A stretch of DNA of 64,000 nucleotides, from contig JBHLMN010000019.1 in the NCBI GenBank assembly GCA_048938105.1, positions 1 to 64,000 of the forward strand, written 5' to 3'. This document shows, one piece after another, positions 60,812 to 64,000 of this stretch. This DNA comes from Promethearchaeota archaeon. Its GTDB lineage: Archaea; Asgardarchaeota; Heimdallarchaeia; Hodarchaeales; Hodarchaeaceae. The translations under genes and the position numbers were made by a program. How positions within the stretch are numbered: the stretch's first letter is position 1; each line of letters starts with the position of its first letter. Under the pieces are notes generated by a model. It had not been told where the DNA came from and searched no databases. It was given only the letters and a program-made list of their open reading frames with translations.

Positions 60812-61627
60812 TTGGGTATTGAGCCCTCTTCAAAAGCTAGTATCGCTATCATTGGAGGATCTGGGTTTTATGACTTTTTAGAAAACCCATCAAAACTTTC
60901 CGTTGATACCCCTTTTGATTCTAAACCAGTTGTTATTTACCGTCAAGAACAGGAAGAAAATATCATCTTTTTTTTACCTCGTCATGGAGGGAACCATTCC
61001 ATTCCTCCCCATCGAATAAATTTTAAGGCGAATATGTATGCTCTCCACTCATTAGCTATTCCTCGGGTTATTGCGACGAGTGCTGTTGGTAGCCTCCATA
61101 CATCTATAAAACCTGGGGATTATGTACTTCTAGATCAATTTATTGATTTAGTCAGGCCATTAACTTTTTTTAATGGAGATTTCAGTGTTAAGTTTCCACA
61201 AGGAACTATAATCTCTGGAGTTGTCCATTTGGACATGACTGAACCATATTGTCCTGAAATACGTAAAATTCTGTCAGTTATTCTCGAAAATGATCTAAAT
61301 ACACATATTAAAGGAACATATGCTACAACAATGGGGCCTCGTTTCGAAACACCTGCAGAAATTAAAGCATTACAACACATGGGAGCTGATGTCGTCGGAA
61401 TGACAAATTCTTCTGAAGCTATCCTCTGTCGAGAACTTGGTATCTGCTATGCGGTTATAGCAGTAGTTACAAATATGGCTGCAGGTCTTCAGAAAGTAGT
61501 GACTCACAACGAAGTTCTAGATATTTTCAAATCCAGATCAGCTAATCTTAAAAAGATTTTTTATAAGGCAATAGCACAGATGCCAAAGCAAAGAGGTTGT
61601 TCTTGCTCCTGGTATGCTGAGAGATAA
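60812..61627 (+). CDS. mtnP: 5'-methylthioadenosine/methylthioinosine phosphorylase
   Basis: IIGGSG, LPRHG..H.IPPH, SAVGSL, GPRFETPAE, DVVGMT, VTNMAAG. Confidence 0.92.
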   Translation: MGIEPSSKASIAIIGGSGFYDFLENPSKLSVDTPFDSKPVVIYRQEQEENIIFFLPRHGGNHSIPPHRINFKANMYALHSLAIPRVIATSAVGSLHTSIKPGDYVLLDQFIDLVRPLTFFNGDFSVKFPQGTIISGVVHLDMTEPYCPEIRKILSVILENDLNTHIKGTYATTMGPRFETPAEIKALQHMGADVVGMTNSSEAILCRELGICYAVIAVVTNMAAGLQKVVTHNEVLDIFKSRSANLKKIFYKAIAQMPKQRGCSCSWYAER

Positions 61628-61747
61628 TTAGAATATATTTGCATTTTATTTTTAAGTAAGCCAAGCCCGTCAATTTTTTTCTTTATATTTTTCTGTGGAA
61701 AATTTCCTTTATATGGATTTAACAACTTCCAATAGATTCTAGCTATA

Positions 61748-62359
61748 TTAAACACTTATTTGAGATTCTCTCCATTTCTTATAATTCTTAAGACAAACTG
61801 GACAACAAAAATAATGGCGAATATCGTCGAATTTTACTGATTCGTAATCATCATTTATCTGCTTACCACAATATTCACAACGAACATTTAGGAGTTGACT
61901 ATGTTTAGGAATTCTATGAGGGTTGGAAAAGACCTCTTTCAAAAGTATACTTATTTTTGCCCCCTCAATATTGGGATAAGCTTTTATTTCTTCAAATAGA
62001 ATTTGGTGCATTGATAATGCTTGTATCTGAGTTATTATCAAGAAATTAAATTCGTCTAATACTTCAAATACTTCTTTTACTTCACTTAATGATGTTAGAT
62101 ATTCAAGTAAATCTTTCTTCTTATCTTTATTAATTTTAATTTTTATTAGAGCAGCACTCTCATTCGTTAATGAGTGAGGGTTTAAATAAATACCAATATG
62201 ATGGATGACTCCAATTTTCATCAGCTTTTCAATCCGAGATTTCACTGTAGGAACTGTGAGGTTAATTTCAGTAGCTATCTCGGAATAAGTTGCCCTTCCA
62301 TTCTCATTTAAACGATTTAGAATTGTTAGATCAATATTGTCTAATTTTATTTTCATCAT
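61748..62359 (-). CDS. Lrp/AsnC-type regulator with C-terminal TRASH domain (CopR/CopT-like)
   Basis: LDNIDLTIL..L..NGR HTH; CEYCG...YFCCPVC TRASH motif; divergent from cop genes. Confidence 0.88.
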   Translation of the reverse strand: MMKIKLDNIDLTILNRLNENGRATYSEIATEINLTVPTVKSRIEKLMKIGVIHHIGIYLNPHSLTNESAALIKIKINKDKKKDLLEYLTSLSEVKEVFEVLDEFNFLIITQIQALSMHQILFEEIKAYPNIEGAKISILLKEVFSNPHRIPKHSQLLNVRCEYCGKQINDDYESVKFDDIRHYFCCPVCLKNYKKWRESQISV

Positions 62360-62829
62360 AGAATCACAATAACAAAGATTTTTTCGAGCTTTTAGAATTT
62401 AATTAAAATTTTAAAGCAGTTGATTTTAAGAAAATCATTTTTACCCTTTCTATCAATTTGTAGATTACTAGGTTATCAATTCTCATTCCAATTTGATCTA
62501 GTTTTATGTTAATTTAAGCAATAGTTCATCTGATTCTTCAATCATAGAAGATTAAAAGGATTATCAATCCTATTTACGAATTCATTTACAAAATATTTTT
62601 TATAGATAATAAAATAATTTGTTTAATGAGTAACAAACTCACATAATTTAGTATTATTATTTTTCTGAGCTTTTTAATTTCTTTAATTTTTAAGTACATA
62701 GATCCTTAAGAAAACAAAAATCTCGAATGATCAGAAAGATTCACTAATATAGATCGAAAAATGGTTAATTTCTAGAAAATGAAGATAATAGCATGAGAAA
62801 ACGAAGAATGAACAATTATGGTGATTTTA

Positions 62830-63021
62830 ATGTCAGAAATGTTAAAGTGTCAAGTATGTGAATACACAGAACCAGTACCCATTCATTGTAATCAACCAAT
62901 GCATGTAGAATCAATTGAGGGTATTGAGAAATTAGTTTGCTGGATGGGTCCAGATTGTGGAGTGGAAGATCTCCCTTCCCACCACGATAAAGCAATGAAA
63001 ATTGTATCAGTAAATGAATAA
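62830..63021 (+). CDS. Small Cys/His/Met-rich putative metallochaperone
   Basis: MSEMLKCQVCEYTEPVPIHCNQPMH...LVCWMGPDCG...PSHHDKAM; GGTGA RBS before ATG 62830. Confidence 0.75.
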   Translation: MSEMLKCQVCEYTEPVPIHCNQPMHVESIEGIEKLVCWMGPDCGVEDLPSHHDKAMKIVSVNE

Positions 63022-63038
63022 AATTTAGGTTATTTTTA

Positions 63039-64000
63039 ATGCCAGAAATGTTGAAATGTCAAGAATGTGATTATACAGAAGCAGTTCCTATACACTGCAA
63101 ACAACCAATGCATGTAGATACAGTTGGGGGCGAAGAACAATTAGTGTGTTGGATGGGCGCCTCCTGTGGGGTACAAAATATTCCAACTCATCATGGGAAA
63201 CCAATGCAAATAGTGGTTGATTTGGGATTAACAACGCAGGAAAAAAAACTTCAGGAAACTGGCTTACTTCATTCTGCAACAGAAACTCATCACGAAGAGA
63301 AGCCTTTAACAGCTCCATTACTTCCCTCTCAAGAATACCAGGAAGCGAGCTTAGGAATTGTAGGCATGACTTGTGCTTCCTGTGTATCCACAATTGAGAA
63401 AGGATTAAACAAAGTTGAGGGTGTCTTGAAAACTTCAGTCAATTTAATGACAGAAAAAGCTACTGTTAGATACGATCCTACCATTACTGATGTTGATAAA
63501 TTGATTCAGACTGTGGAAAGTGTCGGATATGGAGCCAAAGATATATCCTCCACTCCAAAAAGTGGTTTAAAGACTCTTGATCTGAATATTACAGGTATGA
63601 CTTGTGCGAGCTGTGTTAATACTATTGAATCCACCTTAAATAAACAAAATGGGATAACAGAAGTTGTCGTTAACCTCATGACAGAAAGAGCTCGTATGAA
63701 GTTTAATCCTAAAATTATCTCTGTGAATACAATAATTGATACTATTAGAAGTGTTGGTTATGACGCTAAGAAAATATCCACCTATAGAATCACATCTGAA
63801 GATAGAGAAAGTCTTGAGCGAGCTAGAGAGTTACGAATTCAACAATTACGGTTATTAACTGCAATTCTACTGAGTATTCCAATTTTACTTTTCAGTATGG
63901 GTTCAATGGTCGGATTTTCAATTAAGCTTCCCATCCCTGATAATTTGATTCTTGGAATTGACAATAATACCCTAATAGTCCTGTTTTTAACTATTCCAGT
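63039..64000 (+). CDS. copA: Cu(I)-type P1B ATPase (CopA), 5' part only
   Basis: Hand translation from ATG 63039: N-terminal copy of the upstream small protein, two HMA domains (GMTCASC x2), then first TM helices. The catalytic motifs lie outside the window. Confidence 0.85.
   Translation, partial: MPEMLKCQECDYTEAVPIHCKQPMHVDTVGGEEQLVCWMGASCGVQNIPTHHGKPMQIVVDLGLTTQEKKLQETGLLHSATETHHEEKPLTAPLLPSQEYQEASLGIVGMTCASCVSTIEKGLNKVEGVLKTSVNLMTEKATVRYDPTITDVDKLIQTVESVGYGAKDISSTPKSGLKTLDLNITGMTCASCVNTIESTLNKQNGITEVVVNLMTERARMKFNPKIISVNTIIDTIRSVGYDAKKISTYRITSEDRESLERARELRIQQLRLLTAILLSIPILLFSMGSMVGFSIKLPIPDNLILGIDNNTLIVLFLTIP

Noticed and set aside
63088-63393. 101-aa minus-strand ORF
   Set aside because: Antisense to copA.

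Overview
AT-rich archaeal chromosomal segment, most likely from an Asgard archaeon (Heimdallarchaeia/Hodarchaeales-like). This is inferred from TFB, DGGGP synthase, profilin-like and roadblock-like genes, PGF-type C-terminal sorting tails and a NosD-type surface protein. No rRNA, tRNA, CRISPR array or transposase was recognised. Housekeeping genes (ino1, cysS, gcvPA/PB, PPi-type pfk, hflX, tfb, mtnP, Sir2) are interleaved with six DNA methyltransferases that have no recognisable restriction nuclease. Best candidates for undescribed systems: (1) an operon in which a DUF2207-like membrane protein ending in a (GCACAC[T/A])x2-GGGR tail abuts an RRE/PqqD-radical SAM-SPASM enzyme and a methyltransferase, suggesting a RiPP-type maturase acting on a membrane protein tail; (2) a locus with two divergent TGT/DpdA-like base-exchange enzymes, a DUF6884-like protein and an N4-cytosine methyltransferase; (3) a single-chain pseudo-dimeric beta-class DNA methyltransferase; (4) a BpsA-AdoMetDC fusion; (5) a copper locus with an unfamiliar Cys/His domain present both stand-alone and fused to CopA. 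Genes missed by the ORF track were recovered by hand translation: a beta-helix repeat protein, copA, a stop-interrupted tetraether-synthase N-terminal fragment and a stop-interrupted B-box membrane protein. All family assignments come from motif recognition by eye, not database searches.
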